From: Nemertoderma westbladi
Taxonomy: Eukaryota; Animalia; Xenacoelomorpha
Assembly (NCBI GenBank): GCA_032718475.1
Contig: JAUCBJ010007526.1
Coordinates: 44,980 to 108,979 of the forward strand
Direction of reading: 5' to 3'
Length of the DNA stretch: 64,000 nt
Part shown: one piece after another, positions 62,107-64,000 of the stretch
Layout: every line of letters begins with the position of its first letter
How positions within the stretch are numbered: the first letter of the stretch is position 1
Notes under the pieces: generated by a model
What the model saw: the letters and a program-made list of their open reading frames with translations, nothing else
The model's database searches: none
What the model was told of the DNA's origin: nothing
Program-made: the position numbers and the translations under genes

Positions 62107-63252
62107 TGCCGGTGTAACAGGCTGAGATAATTCCCCACCAAACATGACTCCCCAGTCGTCTTAGCCTAGGCTGAGAACACTCCCTTTAGGCTGCGATAAC
62201 TCCCCTCTAGTTGCAAAATATTGTGTAGTTGTTTCTGACTTATACATACTCTATATACATAGGATCTAAGTTCGTTTTACCATATACATAAAGGCAGCAT
62301 AAAAGCATAATACTTTTTGGCAGTGATTTTTTAAGTCCTTTCATTTGACTTTTTTCCGTAATTTTTTACAAATTTTGTATAATGCTTTTGTTGTCCGCAG
62401 AATTACATGTTATGTATGCATTTCTTCAATTAAGAGAAAGAAGCAGGTTACATAGACGGTCTTTTCTAACCAAAACAATAAACGATTAAATTTCCAATTG
62501 AGGGAAAGGGGCAGGTTACATAGACGGTCTTTTCTAACCAAAACAATAAACGATAAAATTACCAATTGAGGGAAAGGGGCAGGTTACAGAGGCGAGCTAT
62601 TCTAACCAAAACAATAAACAGATACAATACAAAATGAGAAAAATGAGCAGAAACGGAAGCGAAACAGAACCAGGAGAGCCAGGGTTTCAGGTCTGACTTG
62701 AGACCCCAACGACGATACCTTCCAGGTTAGAGAAAAATCTCAACCCATCCAAGAGTCACTGACTAAGAGGATCTGCTTATCAGTAATAGCAGGTTATTCG
62801 ATCCCTTACATTTTATCAGCCAGTGATTCTGCGTACTAGTAACAGAAAGGGGATTTTCTACCTACAGCATTTAATATATTTATTTAACATTGAGAAAGCA
62901 ATATCAGGATTTACCTTAAAGAGCACACATGTAATAAATAATTATTTGTAGGGTTTTTCGCAATGAGGGTTGTCATCTAAGCCTAAGGGGAGTCTCAGCC
63001 TAGGCTGAGATAACTGGTGAGTGTTCTAAGCCTAGGCTGAGATAACTGGTGAGTGTTCTAAGCCTAGGCTGAGATAACTGGTGAGTGTTCTAAGCCTAGG
63101 CTGAGATAACTGGTGAGTGTTCTAAGCCTAGGCTTAGACGACTGAGAGTTTTCTAAGCCTAGGCTGAGACGACTGAGGAGTTTTCTAAGCCTAGGCTGAG
63201 ATGACTGGGGAGTCATTTCAAGAGGGAGTTTTCTCAGCCTTGTACACCGGCA
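62107..63252. mobile_element. Non-autonomous TIR element with subterminal 32-bp tandem repeats
   Basis: Ends TGCCGGTGTAACAGGCTGAGA / TCTCAGCCTTGTACACCGGCA. The CTAAGCCTAGGCTGAGATAACTGGTGAGTGTT array is at about 62990-63200. The element contains three tandem copies of the ~55-bp dispersed repeat. Confidence 0.75.
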
Positions 63253-64000
63253 CCGAGTGCCAATGACAAAATACATCAGACATTTCATTTTTCATTTCGC
63301 GTTAAAGTTTATTGAAAGTACATAATATTTAAATGTCAAATATGGGATATTTTGATAGATATGTGAAAACCATTTTTTTGACAAAATAGTTTTATTAAAT
63401 TTTGGAGAACTTTGTGATACATTCTTATACCAATCTCTTCTTGGCCTTATTTTTGGTTATAGACTTTAAGCCCTTGTATAACAATTATATGTAATTAACT
63501 CATTATTTTATGTCGGAAAAAAAGTAGAAAATGTCCCCTAAATTTCTTATCAATTTCACATGAAGCTGTTACGTGTTGGAGGAGTCAGTTTAATTATCAA
63601 CAAATTGAGATATTTTGTGATTTACTGGCCCTGATTTCTTCTACAGTTTGGGCTTCCGGTGACCTATAAGGACTTAACTTAGGTGGGATAAATATTATAA
63701 AATCTACGCAAATTTCAGAAATTCACAAGAAATTTGAAAGTTTAAGTGGATGACTTGGAACTATTAGTTTTTAGATAAGTCGAATTACAGTAATTTTATC
63801 TCATTTACCCACTAATCAGTTAAGTATTATAACTTGTTTAGATATTTATTTTTTAGTATTAAATTAAAATAATATTGAGAGAAATATGGCGAAAATGTTT
63901 AAATGAGAATATAATTTAAAATTTCAGGAGTGAAATAATTAAACTATTTATTGCTTGGAAAATAAATTTTTTTTCCCTCACAAGATGTTAAATTTAAATC

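Noticed and set aside
63920-64000. Possible acceptor TTTCAG and open frame at the window end as the next TMC exon
   Set aside because: The translation shows no TMC-domain motif (EF.I..NVL..VY.Q) and is AT-rich like intron sequence.

Overview
AT-rich, repeat-dense animal (probably bilaterian invertebrate) genomic DNA; I cannot name the organism. The backbone is a TMC7-like transmembrane channel gene on the + strand. Six phase-compatible exons (2913-39292) occur as three pairs split by 0.7-1.2 kb introns and separated by giant introns of 15.6 kb, 17.1 kb and apparently more than 24 kb. Each giant interval holds a same-strand coding unit: an acidic ORF ending in a CaaX box (5406-6452), an intronless C2H2/MULE-type DNA-binding/pipsqueak-HTH protein (32902-35334), and a two-exon KLHL17 gene (50329-57942). 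A complete 7SL (SRP) RNA gene lies at 814-1108 on the - strand. Mobile DNA includes several RTE-type LINEs with (TAG)n tails, a disrupted tyrosine-recombinase (Crypton-like) element with an in-frame 39-bp repeat, and non-autonomous TIR elements (hAT, TcMar-like, EnSpm-like, piggyBac-like). These form two nested stacks whose layers can be read from target-site duplications. There are also several minisatellites and a same-orientation cluster of bipartite CTCF-like motifs in the KLHL17 intron. All calls come from reading the sequence and recalled family motifs; no searches were run.
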